From contig AP038806.1 of NCBI GenBank assembly GCA_047150005.1, positions 736,001 to 800,000 on the forward strand: a stretch of DNA of 64,000 nucleotides. Direction: 5' to 3'. Made by a program: the position numbers and the translations under genes. Origin of the DNA: Nitrospira sp. Lineage in GTDB: Bacteria; Nitrospirota; Nitrospiria; Nitrospirales; Nitrospiraceae. The notes under the pieces were generated by a model. It was not told where the DNA came from. It did not search any database and saw only the letters and a list, made by a program, of their open reading frames with translations. Positions 19,542-29,851 of the stretch are shown piece by piece; the first letter of the stretch is position 1; the number at the start of each line of letters is the position of its first letter.

Positions 19542-20558
19542 TCAACGCCCCTTCATTCGGCCACGCATCTCGTTGATCATGTCGGTCAGCTCTGCTTCGG
19601 CTCGTGCTCGTTCGCTGACCAGCTTGTCGAGATTGTAGGGGCGCGCCGGATCCGGGCTTGGCTGATCGGGCTTCGCTTGCTTGAGATCCGGCTTTGCCGG
19701 TTTGGTCGGCATTTCCGCCGGAGAAGGTTGAACGGGCTTGGCTGGCGGTGGCGCAGACGGCGACGGTACTTCCGAAGCTGCCCGCGTCTGAGTCGCCGGC
19801 GTCACGACGCCGGCCTCCGAACGGCCGCCGATCCCCTGCTCACGGAGCCATTGCGCCGCGACATTGGACTTGAGTGAGAAGCTGATGCTCGTGATCGGCA
19901 GGCCGTCGGACGCCACACGGGCGATCGCGGTATTCACCCCGATCATACGCCCACCGGTGTCCAGGAGCGGGCCGCCGCTGTTGCCCCGATTCAATCCTGT
20001 TTCCGTCTGAAACACGTTTTTGCCCTGCACCCCGCTGAAGTTGTCCACCTCCGCGCTGATGACTCCGGTGGTCAACGTCCAGAGGCCTCCCTGCTCCGGA
20101 TGTCCGATGGCCACCACCCGATCGCCGATCTTCGTCACCGCGGAGTCATCCAGTCCTACGGTCGGCAAGGCGCCGCTCACTGAGTCAAACTTCAACAGTG
20201 CAAGGTCCAACTGCTGGGAATAGGCGACGATTTTCGCCCGGATCATGCGCGAAAGATCCGATTGTGAGTTGCCGGTCACACGCGGGGGCTTCAAGAATAC
20301 CGACAGGCGCGGGAAAGGCCTTCCCGTCCGTTCGTCGATGACGACATGCGCATTGGTGAGCACGTAGCCGTCCGACCGAATGATCGAACCGGTGCCCCCG
20401 CTCCCCTTCCCTCCGCTGCCGTCCGGATGTCCCATCACCATCACGACGGCCGGTGAAGCCTGTTCATAGATTTCCCGCGGGGAGAGATCCTGGCCGGAGG
20501 CGAACCCCAGCCGAAAACAACTCAAAGTGAGGATCATTCCAAGGACGAGGATTTTCAT
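19542..20558 (-). CDS. Secreted trypsin-like (S1C) serine protease without PDZ, with a Pro-rich linker
   Basis: Signal peptide MKILVLG. Catalytic triad motifs LTNAHVV, LDLALL and GNSGGPL. A TATAAT on the minus strand at 20613-20618 supports the shorter start. Confidence 0.88.
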   Translation of the reverse strand: MKILVLGMILTLSCFRLGFASGQDLSPREIYEQASPAVVMVMGHPDGSGGKGSGGTGSIIRSDGYVLTNAHVVIDERTGRPFPRLSVFLKPPRVTGNSQSDLSRMIRAKIVAYSQQLDLALLKFDSVSGALPTVGLDDSAVTKIGDRVVAIGHPEQGGLWTLTTGVISAEVDNFSGVQGKNVFQTETGLNRGNSGGPLLDTGGRMIGVNTAIARVASDGLPITSISFSLKSNVAAQWLREQGIGGRSEAGVVTPATQTRAASEVPSPSAPPPAKPVQPSPAEMPTKPAKPDLKQAKPDQPSPDPARPYNLDKLVSERARAEAELTDMINEMRGRMKGR

Positions 20559-20658
20559 GTGATCGACCAATGACGTGAGGCACATGCAGCCGCCCCGACA
20601 GACACCTCCGACATTATATCGGAATCGCCCAAGGGCAACAGATACGGAGGACGGACGG

Positions 20659-21846
20659 TCATCGCGAGAGCCCGAGCGCTTGAGACCGCAGCTCATCGCG
20701 GCCGCCTTTCAACAACTCCTTATACAACACTTCATATTGCTGCACCATGTAGTCGATGTGAAATTCGAGCGGGAGCGAGTCCGCCCGTTGCCTTACATTC
20801 CCAAGCGACTCACGACTCTGACGATACAGTCGCACGAGCGAGACCGACAGGGTCTCCACGTCTCCGTCATCGACCACCATGCTCGACCGGTGAGTCGCCA
20901 TGGCCTCCTGCACTCCACCCACATTGGTCGCCACGATCGGGAGCCCTGTGGCCCTGGCTTCCAGAATGACACGGGGCAGCCCTTCCCAACGCGAGGTCAG
21001 CACAAAGGCGTCCATCGCCATCATGGACGCGGGAATATCCCTTCTCCACCCGGCCAAACGGACGCGATCTTCAAGACCATATCGGCCGATCAGCGACTCC
21101 ACCAGCTGGCGCAGTTCTCCGTCTCCGATAAGCACAAACCTGGCCTGCGGGAGACGGTCGCACACGTTCTTGGCCACGGCCATGAAATTCTCCGGAGCTT
21201 TTTGGGGCTTGAGACAAGCGACCGTGCCGACCAACCAATGATCGGGGCCGGCCCCAAACTCACAACGCATGGCATCACGGTCTCGTGCATCAGCCGACAG
21301 CTGGAACGGCCTGGGATCGATTCCCGGCCTGATGAGCGACACGTTTCTCTCAAAGAGTCCCCAGCTCCTACCTCTGTCGATATCGGTTTGCGCTACGGCG
21401 ATCCAATGAGTCGTGATCCATCCGGTGATCCGTTCGAGCCAGGTGAACAACCGTCGGACCGCCGACGACTGCCCGGGAGTGATGCCGAACCCATGAATCG
21501 TATGCACGATAATCGGCACCCCGGCCAGCCAGGCGGCCCATCGGCCGAGGATACCCGCCTTCGAACTGTGCGTATGGACGATCGTCGGACGCAGGCGGCG
21601 AAACAGGACGATCAACTCGATGAGAGCTGCGAGATCCCCGAAGAGATGCACCGGACGCCCGAGCCAGGACAACAGGATGACCTCAAGCCCCCGGATCGCT
21701 TTCGCGTCGTCATTAAGGAGGCCACCGGGACCGGTGGCGAGTACGGGGCGATACTTCGCGGGGTCAAGATGGGAGACGAGATGCAGGGCTACCTCCTGCG
21801 CTCCACCCAGTTCGAGTTTCGTGATGACATGGCAAACCGTTTCCAT
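20659..21846 (-). CDS. Glycosyltransferase family 4
   Basis: GGAQ, VHTHSSKAG, KPQKA and SRWEGLP..ILEA motifs. Confidence 0.92.
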   Translation of the reverse strand: METVCHVITKLELGGAQEVALHLVSHLDPAKYRPVLATGPGGLLNDDAKAIRGLEVILLSWLGRPVHLFGDLAALIELIVLFRRLRPTIVHTHSSKAGILGRWAAWLAGVPIIVHTIHGFGITPGQSSAVRRLFTWLERITGWITTHWIAVAQTDIDRGRSWGLFERNVSLIRPGIDPRPFQLSADARDRDAMRCEFGAGPDHWLVGTVACLKPQKAPENFMAVAKNVCDRLPQARFVLIGDGELRQLVESLIGRYGLEDRVRLAGWRRDIPASMMAMDAFVLTSRWEGLPRVILEARATGLPIVATNVGGVQEAMATHRSSMVVDDGDVETLSVSLVRLYRQSRESLGNVRQRADSLPLEFHIDYMVQQYEVLYKELLKGGRDELRSQALGLSR

Positions 21847-21855
21847 GCGATAGGC

Positions 21856-23184
21856 TCACGCCGTCACTGGCTGCGCCAGTTGCCCTCTCAGTCGTTCCGC
21901 CAATTGCTTGCCTTGTCCGATCGCATCTTCCATCGACGTGTGCTCCCAACGTCCATACCGGCCGATCGAATAGATTCCACGCCGTTCGAGTTCGGCAAGA
22001 ATGGCGGGCATTGCACGGGCACGATGGCGGTCGAAGTAGACGTAGGCGTATCGCAAGTCCTTCACGTCGGCCACGACGAGTTCGTCGTCCGAGCGCAGGA
22101 TTCCGGTTTTCTCCAAACCGGAACGAGCCTGTTCGATCAGCTGCTCCGCTGATTGCTGTTCCGCCGGTCGATGAGAGATTTCCACGTACATGGAACTGCA
22201 CCCGGGCCTACCGAGCGACGGAGAGAAATTCATGGGGAAGCCGACACGGTAGAAGGGGTACCTCGACTCAGGGAAATAGATCCAGTGTTTGTCGGAGATC
22301 TGTTCCCGGGACACGCCGAGATTGACGTTATAGACCGACACCCAGCGAAGCCCCGCGGCGGCCTCTTTCAGACGCTGAGGAAAGTCCAGGCAGCGACGGA
22401 CCAGTTCCGGCACGGGGATCGTCGAGACGAGGGATTCGTAGTGCTCGGTTCTGGTCTCGTCTCGCCGCCGGTCACTGAAGACCGCTCGACGGCGCTTCGT
22501 ATCCACCTCGATCAACTCACAATCGCGTTCCACCTGATCGATGCCGGACAGGAACGACTCGGGCAGGACTCGGATCCCATCGTTCGCCGGATAGAGGAAT
22601 GAAGGGTTGTAGCCAAAGGCTTTGTCCTTGATGCCCAGCGCCCCATTGACGACATCCTTGAGCTCCGGCTTGGGCACGAGCCAGGACACCCAGTCGGACG
22701 TCAGTTCATCCAGCGAAACCCGCCACAGCTTCTCGTTGAACGGCACCATGAAATGCTTGGCCATGCCGTCCCCGAGGTTGTCGAGAATCCACTGTTTGAA
22801 CGATCTGTTCCGAGGCGCGATCGACGCCACCGGCTGCGTCAGCGTCGCGATGAATCCCATCAGGCACTCTCGGATCACTTCCGGAGGCAGCCCGAACGTA
22901 TTGACCTGAAACGGATATTCCGTGTAGGTCTGATGGGAATAGATGAACGACTTTCTCCCGTGTTGCAGCAGCTTGCCGGCGAGCAGCCTTTCCACCAGCG
23001 CTTTGATCTCCGGCTGCCGGAAGTGCAACAGATGTCCCGTGTAGTCGAAGGTGAACCCGTCCTTGCGATAGGACCGGCACAGCCCACCCACGTGCTGTTC
23101 CCGTTCGTAGATACGAAAGTGAAGGCCCGACAGGTGATATGCGGTACTGAGACCGGCCAAACCGGCGCCGACGATGACGATCAT
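21856..23184 (-). CDS. FAD-dependent oxidoreductase, UDP-galactopyranose mutase-like
   Basis: IVGAGLAGL, GGLCRS...GFTFDYTGH, PFNEKLW and SIGRYGRWEH.SME motifs. Start trimmed to ATG 23184, overlapping the wecA-like stop. Confidence 0.7.
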   Translation of the reverse strand: MIVIVGAGLAGLSTAYHLSGLHFRIYEREQHVGGLCRSYRKDGFTFDYTGHLLHFRQPEIKALVERLLAGKLLQHGRKSFIYSHQTYTEYPFQVNTFGLPPEVIRECLMGFIATLTQPVASIAPRNRSFKQWILDNLGDGMAKHFMVPFNEKLWRVSLDELTSDWVSWLVPKPELKDVVNGALGIKDKAFGYNPSFLYPANDGIRVLPESFLSGIDQVERDCELIEVDTKRRRAVFSDRRRDETRTEHYESLVSTIPVPELVRRCLDFPQRLKEAAAGLRWVSVYNVNLGVSREQISDKHWIYFPESRYPFYRVGFPMNFSPSLGRPGCSSMYVEISHRPAEQQSAEQLIEQARSGLEKTGILRSDDELVVADVKDLRYAYVYFDRHRARAMPAILAELERRGIYSIGRYGRWEHTSMEDAIGQGKQLAERLRGQLAQPVTA

Positions 23185-24221
23185 GCGGCAGTCCTTTCTT
23201 CTTCCGGTTCCGGTACAGCGTGAGCCGGCTTCCGCACACCGACCTGCTTCAAGACCATCGTGGCGGTGAGCAGCAGGGCCACGATCCCAAGGCAGAGGCT
23301 GATCGCGACCTGTTCGCTGACGCTCATCACGAGCAGCCCGACGGCTCCTACACAGGCCGTCGCCAGATAGCTGACGACGACTACCTGCGGCACCGACATA
23401 CCCCAATGACGCAGTCGGATCGCGATGTGGTCCGGACTGCCCCAAAAGATCGGCAAGCCGCGCTGATACCTGACGTACATCACGAACAGGGTGTCGAAGA
23501 TCGGGATGCCGAGAATGAACACCGGGGTCAGGAGCGAGAAGGGGTGATCGCTCGGATATCTTTCGATCATCGTCATGGCCCCGAGGAGCAGCCCGATGAA
23601 CATGGCGCCGGTATCGCCCATGTAGATCCGCGCCGGCTGCCAGTTATAGCGAAGAAATCCCAAGAGGCTGCCGATCAAAGCCGCAAGCATGAACGCAATC
23701 GTCTGGTCGCCTTGCACGAGGGACACGACCAACAGACAACTCGCGCTCACGGCGCCCACACCCGCGGAGAGTCCGTCCATGATGTCCAGCAGATTGAACG
23801 CGTTGATCAGGCCGATCATCCAGAACACCGTCAAGATCAGATCGAGCCACTCGGGGAAGGCGGCAATTTCGATTCTGATTCCGCTCTTGATCAACACGAA
23901 TACCGCGAGGAGCTGCCCGGCCAGCTTCGTCCAGGGCGTGAGCACGCCGAAATCGTCGATGAGTCCGAGCATCACCACAATCGTCCCGCCGAGGATGATT
24001 CCAAGCACGTCCTGGCGAAATTCGAAGGTGAAGGCCAAACTCATCAGAAACGCGAGGTAGATCGCGAGCCCTCCGAAATATGGAACCGGTTCCTGTTGGT
24101 GCTTCAGCCTCCCGTCCGGAGCGTCTACGATTCCGTACTTCAGCGCGGCCTTCCGGGCGATGGGAACGCCATAGAGGGACAGGAGCACGGCCAACACGAA
24201 TGTCAGGATGTATATGTGCAT
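23181..24221 (-). CDS. wecA: MraY/WecA-family undecaprenyl-phosphate HexNAc-1-phosphate transferase
   Basis: PYFGGLAI, GLIDD, NAFNLLDIMDGL, RIYMGDTGA and DTLFV motifs. Many TM segments. Confidence 0.85.
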   Translation of the reverse strand: MHIYILTFVLAVLLSLYGVPIARKAALKYGIVDAPDGRLKHQQEPVPYFGGLAIYLAFLMSLAFTFEFRQDVLGIILGGTIVVMLGLIDDFGVLTPWTKLAGQLLAVFVLIKSGIRIEIAAFPEWLDLILTVFWMIGLINAFNLLDIMDGLSAGVGAVSASCLLVVSLVQGDQTIAFMLAALIGSLLGFLRYNWQPARIYMGDTGAMFIGLLLGAMTMIERYPSDHPFSLLTPVFILGIPIFDTLFVMYVRYQRGLPIFWGSPDHIAIRLRHWGMSVPQVVVVSYLATACVGAVGLLVMSVSEQVAISLCLGIVALLLTATMVLKQVGVRKPAHAVPEPEEERTAA

Positions 24222-24278
24222 TACCGCGCCGACCTTCTCACGTGTGCGGACGTGACAGCGATTCGCTTTTTCATCGCT

Positions 24279-25397
24279 TCATGCGTTGGCAAGGCAGGCC
24301 TCGTACACCTGTTCATGCCGCCGGACAATGGCTTGAATGCCGTAGCGTTCTCTCGCATGGATCTGCCCGCGGAGCGCGATCCGTCGAGCACGTTCAGGGC
24401 TCTCAAGGAACGCGTGAATCGCCTCGGCGAGGGCCGTCACGTTGCCGGGCTCGACAAGAAGGCCCGTTTCCCCGTGAGTGACAAATTCCGGGATGCCTCC
24501 CACCGACGTCGCGATCACCGGTCTCCCCGCCGCCATCGCTTCCAGAAGGGCGATCCCGAAACCTTCATAGAGGGAAGGGAGAACGAAGATGTCGAAGAGC
24601 GGCAAGAGCTGAGGAATATCCCGGCGGGCTCCAGCGAAAATGATCGGTGACGCGACGGCCAGTTTTCGACTCATCGCGCGAAGGTCCTCCTCTGCAGGCC
24701 CCTCTCCGACAAGCAGGACCTGACACCATCGGGCTGTCGACCTCCGTTCCAGATAGGCTACCGCCTCAAGAAGCACCTTCAATCCTTTCTTCGGCTCGAC
24801 CAAACGGGAGACCGTTCCGATGACCGGAAGGCCGGCTTCCAACCCCAGCTCAGCCCGGGACACTGTCTTCACCTGGGAGAATCGACTGGCATCCACGCCG
24901 AAGGGGATCACCACAAACTGTTCCTCCCGGCCGCCTATTCTTGCCGCAACCGACCGTTGCACGGCATGAGAGCAGCACACGATCATTTTCGCCCACCCCA
25001 TGGTCATTCGATCCACCAGGCGGTACAACCAGTTCTCCTGCACCACCTCGTCGTGATACGAGGAGATCACCAACAGCCTGCTGCTGAGGCGACGCATCAT
25101 ACGGGCCGTCATGTTGGCCCAGAACAGGAACGATTGAACGAGAGCCGGCTGTTCTTTCTTGATCGTGACCCACAGCCTCCAGATCACTCGCGGATCGAAT
25201 TTTCCCCGGCCCTCGAGCGACATGACCCGTACTCCGCGTGATTCGAGTTCAGTCCCGACTCGTCCCAACGGTTTGAGGGAGCACACCAGCACGTCGAACT
25301 TTCGCCCATCCATCCGAGAGGCCAACTCAAGGACGTGGGACTCCGTCCCGCCTATTCCACAGCCGACGACGAGGAGTAGAATTTTTCGCGGCATCAT
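24279..25397 (-). CDS. Glycosyltransferase family 4
   Basis: GGTE, PKKG and PSLYEGFGIALLEAMA motifs. Confidence 0.92.
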   Translation of the reverse strand: MMPRKILLLVVGCGIGGTESHVLELASRMDGRKFDVLVCSLKPLGRVGTELESRGVRVMSLEGRGKFDPRVIWRLWVTIKKEQPALVQSFLFWANMTARMMRRLSSRLLVISSYHDEVVQENWLYRLVDRMTMGWAKMIVCCSHAVQRSVAARIGGREEQFVVIPFGVDASRFSQVKTVSRAELGLEAGLPVIGTVSRLVEPKKGLKVLLEAVAYLERRSTARWCQVLLVGEGPAEEDLRAMSRKLAVASPIIFAGARRDIPQLLPLFDIFVLPSLYEGFGIALLEAMAAGRPVIATSVGGIPEFVTHGETGLLVEPGNVTALAEAIHAFLESPERARRIALRGQIHARERYGIQAIVRRHEQVYEACLANA

Positions 25398-25437
25398 CCG
25401 TCACCGGTCCCTTGCGCTGCGTCATGCCGTCGTCATG

Positions 25438-26853
25438 TCACACCGCCGCGACCTGTGTATCCCGATTCCTGACCGGCCTCGACTGACCGCGTTCATCGGC
25501 TTTCCACACTTTTCGAATCTCCCCGAACCAATTCAGATAGGCGCGGACCTGCCCGTTGAGATCAAAACGACTCCTCGCAGCCTCAACCGCATTTCCTCCG
25601 CAGCTCGCCCGAAGCTCATGCCGCGCGAGAAGCCGCATGATGCGCTCCACCATCCCGTCGATATCGCCTCCCGGCACGAGAAATCCCGTTTTCCCATCGT
25701 CGATCTGCTCGGGAATGCCTCCGACTGCCGTCGCAACCACAGGAACCCCGCAGGCCAAAGCCTCAAGGACTGAATGCGGGAACGTATCGGCTCGCGCCGC
25801 ATGAAGATAGACATCCGCGGCCTGGTAATATTGAGCGACCATGGTGCGGTCGTGAAGGTAAGGGACGAATTTCATCGTGACGTTCCCCATTCGATCGTCC
25901 TGCGCTTCCTCGCCCAGCGCGATCACCCACATTTCCTGCGCTTTCGCTTGGATAACGAGCTTCTCAACGACCTTCTGCACCATGAAATAGTCTTTCCACA
26001 TGTTGTCCCGAATTCCATGCGCGACGACCAAAAGCACCTGGGCTTGTCGAGGGATTCCCAAAGCCAGGCGGGCGGCGGTCTTGTCGGCAGGACGAAAGAC
26101 AGAAAGATCGACACCGTTCGGAATCACTTTGGCCTCGACTAAGGCGGGGCGCAGCATCGATGACTGGACCTTCTGCATCAGCCAGCGGGACGGCATTGCG
26201 ACGTGGAGTCGACTCTTGGCGTAAATGGCCTGTTTCCGCTTCCAATTGAACGCGGTCGCATCCCGTCGAACGGGGGGATAGATCGTCAAGTCGGGACAGG
26301 CCCCGCATCCGCTCTTCCAACGATCACATTCGAAGGAGTGAGCACAGTGTCCACTCAGCATCCAGGCGTCGTGCAAGGTCAATACGACCGGGAACACGTG
26401 GCTCCATCTGGCCAAGACAGAGAGGTCAAAGTACCCTCCGCCCCCCAACCAGGAACCGTGCAGGTTATGACAATGGATGATATCCGGTCCGCCTGGCACC
26501 ATGTCTTTGAGCTGATAGGTACCGGGAAAATCGAAGTCCTCCTTCCCCTGCAACAGCTGCAACAAGCGATGCGGTTGCCCGAATCCTAAGGCGATCATTT
26601 GACGAAGGCGTCTGCCTCCTTTCCCCGTCGCACCAAGTCGTTCCAGTCGATCAGCAATGGCCAGGCACCAGCGACTCCATGGAGTCCTATGCCGGTCATG
26701 AAGGACTGGAATCACGTCGGGGTCTTGGGAGTTTTTTTGCCCGACGGCGAACGAGGAAAGGTGACCGGCTTGCCGATAGCCCTGCATGAGCTGCCAGGCC
26801 ACGGCTTCAGCCCCACCAGCCACATCGGCCGTATTGACCTGCAATATTCGCAT
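25438..26853 (-). CDS. Glycosyltransferase family 4 (WcaC-like)
   Basis: MRILQVN..D..GGA, HNLHG, TLHDAW.LSGHCAH, C..CP and [13 protein letters not shown] motifs. Start trimmed to 26853. Confidence 0.9.
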   Translation of the reverse strand: MRILQVNTADVAGGAEAVAWQLMQGYRQAGHLSSFAVGQKNSQDPDVIPVLHDRHRTPWSRWCLAIADRLERLGATGKGGRRLRQMIALGFGQPHRLLQLLQGKEDFDFPGTYQLKDMVPGGPDIIHCHNLHGSWLGGGGYFDLSVLARWSHVFPVVLTLHDAWMLSGHCAHSFECDRWKSGCGACPDLTIYPPVRRDATAFNWKRKQAIYAKSRLHVAMPSRWLMQKVQSSMLRPALVEAKVIPNGVDLSVFRPADKTAARLALGIPRQAQVLLVVAHGIRDNMWKDYFMVQKVVEKLVIQAKAQEMWVIALGEEAQDDRMGNVTMKFVPYLHDRTMVAQYYQAADVYLHAARADTFPHSVLEALACGVPVVATAVGGIPEQIDDGKTGFLVPGGDIDGMVERIMRLLARHELRASCGGNAVEAARSRFDLNGQVRAYLNWFGEIRKVWKADERGQSRPVRNRDTQVAAV

Positions 26854-26869
26854 CGCTCTAGAATACATC

Positions 26870-27781
26870 TCAGAGTGCAAAGCCGGTAATGATTTCCCAA
26901 TCTTTTCCGGCCCATACGACAACCTTGGCCGGGTAGAACAGACCGGTCCTGTGCAGGAGATCACGGCCCCAATTCGGCAGGCGGGCAAGAGAATGCTGGC
27001 GAAGCAGCTTCCAAAGCCCCCCCCTCACGATCTCTTCGCCTGCGCGACAAGGCCATTCTCCGTATCGCCGAAGCACGGCCTCGGCTTCCGCCATATAGGC
27101 ATCCCGGAGCTGTACGGATTTTTGGTTCCCGTGCGAACGAAATCCACCCAACAACGCCCGTACCCCGTAGAGGTCGGCATGCTCGAAAAAACGGGCCCAC
27201 AGGTCAAAATCCGCCGCCAACTTAAAGGAAGGATCGAGCCGTCCGCCCGCCCGTTCCCACAATGAGCGCCTCCAGAATGTCGACTCCTGCTGGATCCATC
27301 GCTTCCCATGGGAGCCCTTGACCGGGAAATTGCTTCCTTTCAAGAAGGCCTTGCGATGGAAACCGCCTGTAAAATCGATCGACGTCGCCTGTCCTGTCTC
27401 GTTCCACATCAAGGGATGCAAGGTCGTCATCCACTGTATCTCCGGATAGGACCTGAAGATGTCTGCCACGATGGAAAACGCCCAGGGCATGTACTTATCG
27501 TCGCTATTCAACCAGGCCATAATCTCTCCGCTCGTACGCGCGAAGCCCTTATTGATCGCGTCGTACTGTCCCTGATCAGGCTCACTGCTCCAATAGGCCA
27601 GACGGCGCTCGTATTTCCGAATGGTCTCAACGCTGCCGTCTGTCGATCCTCCGTCGATCACCACGTGCTCGAGATTCGCGTAGCCCTGTTCGATCACGGA
27701 CCGAATGGCGTCCTCAAGAAATTGTCCCTGATTGTAGGAGGGGGTCACGACGGACAGCGTGGGAGAACCCGACCGTTTCAT
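26870..27781 (-). CDS. Glycosyltransferase family 2
   Basis: SVVTPSYNQ, DGGSTD, AINKGF, WLNSDD and DFDLW motifs. Confidence 0.92.
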   Translation of the reverse strand: MKRSGSPTLSVVTPSYNQGQFLEDAIRSVIEQGYANLEHVVIDGGSTDGSVETIRKYERRLAYWSSEPDQGQYDAINKGFARTSGEIMAWLNSDDKYMPWAFSIVADIFRSYPEIQWMTTLHPLMWNETGQATSIDFTGGFHRKAFLKGSNFPVKGSHGKRWIQQESTFWRRSLWERAGGRLDPSFKLAADFDLWARFFEHADLYGVRALLGGFRSHGNQKSVQLRDAYMAEAEAVLRRYGEWPCRAGEEIVRGGLWKLLRQHSLARLPNWGRDLLHRTGLFYPAKVVVWAGKDWEIITGFAL

Positions 27782-28620
27782 CGACCGCTCATCAAAACCT
27801 TATTGAGGTGGGCTCGTATATCCCGATCCTGCATCGCACGCTGCGCGGGAGTCGCATAAAAATGATGGCGGCGGAAGTCTCCGGTTTCCCTTACGAAGGC
27901 CACGTCAACCTGAGAGAGCGCGTTGTCCAACGGGCGATATTGCAGATTTCCGAGGTCATATGGGACGAACCCGTGACTCTTCATGTAGGAAAGCACTTCG
28001 ATCAATTCAGGTCCGGACTCGAAAAACTTGAAGAGCGATGCTTCGCACAATACATACTCCGTTTCGTTCAGCGCCTCCGCGGCACCCCGTAACACATCGA
28101 GCTCTGCTCCTTGTACATCGATCTTGAGCAGGAACGGGCCCTTGACGCAGGTTTCTCTGATGACACCGTCGATGGTCACAGCGGGAACAGTCCGGGGGAC
28201 TCCGTTGACGTCCGTTCCGGTTTCCCGTTCCCGCATGACTGAAGACCCGACCAAGTCAGGATGAACATAGATGACGATATCGCCCGCGCGGGACGCGGCG
28301 GCTGCACGGATATGGAGCATCGACGGATGTCTTTTCTCCACCTCTTGAAGCGCCTGCCGATACTCAACCAGAGGTTCAATCAGCAGGTACCGGGACTCGG
28401 GAAACACGGTGACGCACTCTTCGGCAAACGCTCCATAGGCCGCGCCCACGTCGATGACTGTGGCGGGAGACAGACTACGTCTGGCCTGTCTCAGGAGCTG
28501 AGCCAGGCGCGTCCGTTCAAACCCAGGGACCTTCCCTGTGCCGACGCGATAGACATCAAAGCCGATTGAGCGACAGAGTCGTCTTACGAGGCTCTTCAGA
28601 GACACCGCTGACTGCGACAA
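27778..28620 (-). CDS. FkbM family methyltransferase
   Basis: VIDVGA..G, IEP and LKIDVQGAELDVLRG motifs. GGAGG 7 nt before the TTG start. Confidence 0.9.
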   Translation of the reverse strand: MSQSAVSLKSLVRRLCRSIGFDVYRVGTGKVPGFERTRLAQLLRQARRSLSPATVIDVGAAYGAFAEECVTVFPESRYLLIEPLVEYRQALQEVEKRHPSMLHIRAAAASRAGDIVIYVHPDLVGSSVMRERETGTDVNGVPRTVPAVTIDGVIRETCVKGPFLLKIDVQGAELDVLRGAAEALNETEYVLCEASLFKFFESGPELIEVLSYMKSHGFVPYDLGNLQYRPLDNALSQVDVAFVRETGDFRRHHFYATPAQRAMQDRDIRAHLNKVLMSGR

Positions 28621-28704
28621 GCTACGTCCTCCATCGGACCCCCAGAGCGATCACTGCGAACATCCTGGCCAGGCATTCGAACAGCCGGGACACAATTTCA
28701 AGAC

Positions 28705-29796
28705 TCACGCCGCTCTCAGCCAAGAGGCAGGCTTGGAGAAAGGAGCCAGGACCCTTCGTCCGATCGCCTTCGGCGCCTTCATGAGCCACCGTACACCGCG
28801 CAACAGGCGCCGCATCCACCGGTCCAAGTACCATACTGCAGCCACAGAGGAATGTCGAAATACCGCCAATTCCGACAAGGCATGAGGCTGCCCTCCCAAT
28901 TGAAGCTTGTAAGGAGAGAGCCCCCAAAGGAGATGGTATCGCACAAAACCTTCGCGGATAAGGTGTTGGATCGTCAGCCAAAGGGCCAGTTTTCCTAGGC
29001 GGAGTCTGTCGTACTGCCTGTGGTGACCGATGAGAAGGAAGTAGGCCTCATTTCGGTGCAGGGAGGAAAAGGTACCAGCCATCAGCTTGTCGCCATGGTA
29101 CAAACCGAAGAACAGACCGCACTCCTGAGCCAGTTTCCATCGCTGTTCGGTTAGCTGGGGATTCCAGATGTGGGTCGCACCTTTCTGCTCGATCCTCACG
29201 CGATTGAGTTCGACCAACTCCGAAACCATCTGCAGCGAAATGTCCCCTCCTCTGGCCCATGCCGTCGTGTAACCGGCTCCCCATTCTTTCTCCACACGCC
29301 TGAGATAATAGGGCAACTGGGTGCGCGCGTTCTGTCCGAGTGATTCGAGATATTCGTTCTCGGAACGCGGCAGCTCGACGACGATATCTTCATTTACGAC
29401 GACGGTGGACCACCGATGCCATGGACCGGACCAGCGCCGCACATCTTCAGGTCTCATGCAGGTGACGGTGGCGAGATCGGCATCTCGCGCTTGCAGCAAT
29501 TCCCTCAATTCGTCGCTTGTGAGTGCGGTCGGACCGAAAATGTGCAGCGTCCTGAACCACCGCCTCCAGGTCTGTTCGAGGTAGAAGCACGCTTGACTCA
29601 CCTGCGCATGCTCATCGAGACGTACCCACACGTTCGTGGCCGGCGGGAAGGCGAACTGCGCAGAAAATCTGAACGAGTTCAACCAATCTTTGGATGCATT
29701 CTGTAACGCGGACTGCGCGTCCGATGAAAGATTCGTTAGCGGGACATCCGTAAAGACGTTTGGCTCAAAGCCGGCCCATGGTCCGTTCTCAACCAT
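28705..29796 (-). CDS. GNAT family acyltransferase (CelD/BcsL-like)
   Basis: LP.S..EYL.SLG...R, C-terminal GNAT-like region LRLGKLALW..I......YHLLWG...YK. Confidence 0.7.
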   Translation of the reverse strand: MVENGPWAGFEPNVFTDVPLTNLSSDAQSALQNASKDWLNSFRFSAQFAFPPATNVWVRLDEHAQVSQACFYLEQTWRRWFRTLHIFGPTALTSDELRELLQARDADLATVTCMRPEDVRRWSGPWHRWSTVVVNEDIVVELPRSENEYLESLGQNARTQLPYYLRRVEKEWGAGYTTAWARGGDISLQMVSELVELNRVRIEQKGATHIWNPQLTEQRWKLAQECGLFFGLYHGDKLMAGTFSSLHRNEAYFLLIGHHRQYDRLRLGKLALWLTIQHLIREGFVRYHLLWGLSPYKLQLGGQPHALSELAVFRHSSVAAVWYLDRWMRRLLRGVRWLMKAPKAIGRRVLAPFSKPASWLRAA

Positions 29797-29851
29797 CGCT
29801 TGCCCCTCTCGCGCTATTCGACGCGCTGTTCACGCGCCGCCGTACGGTGGC

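Noticed and set aside
18019..19638. 539-aa plus-strand ORF
   Set aside because: Spans three minus-strand genes, is Arg/Ser/Pro-rich and has no recognisable domain.
20575..24650. 525-aa and 476-aa plus-strand ORFs
   Set aside because: Antisense shadows of the GT4, flavoenzyme and wecA genes.
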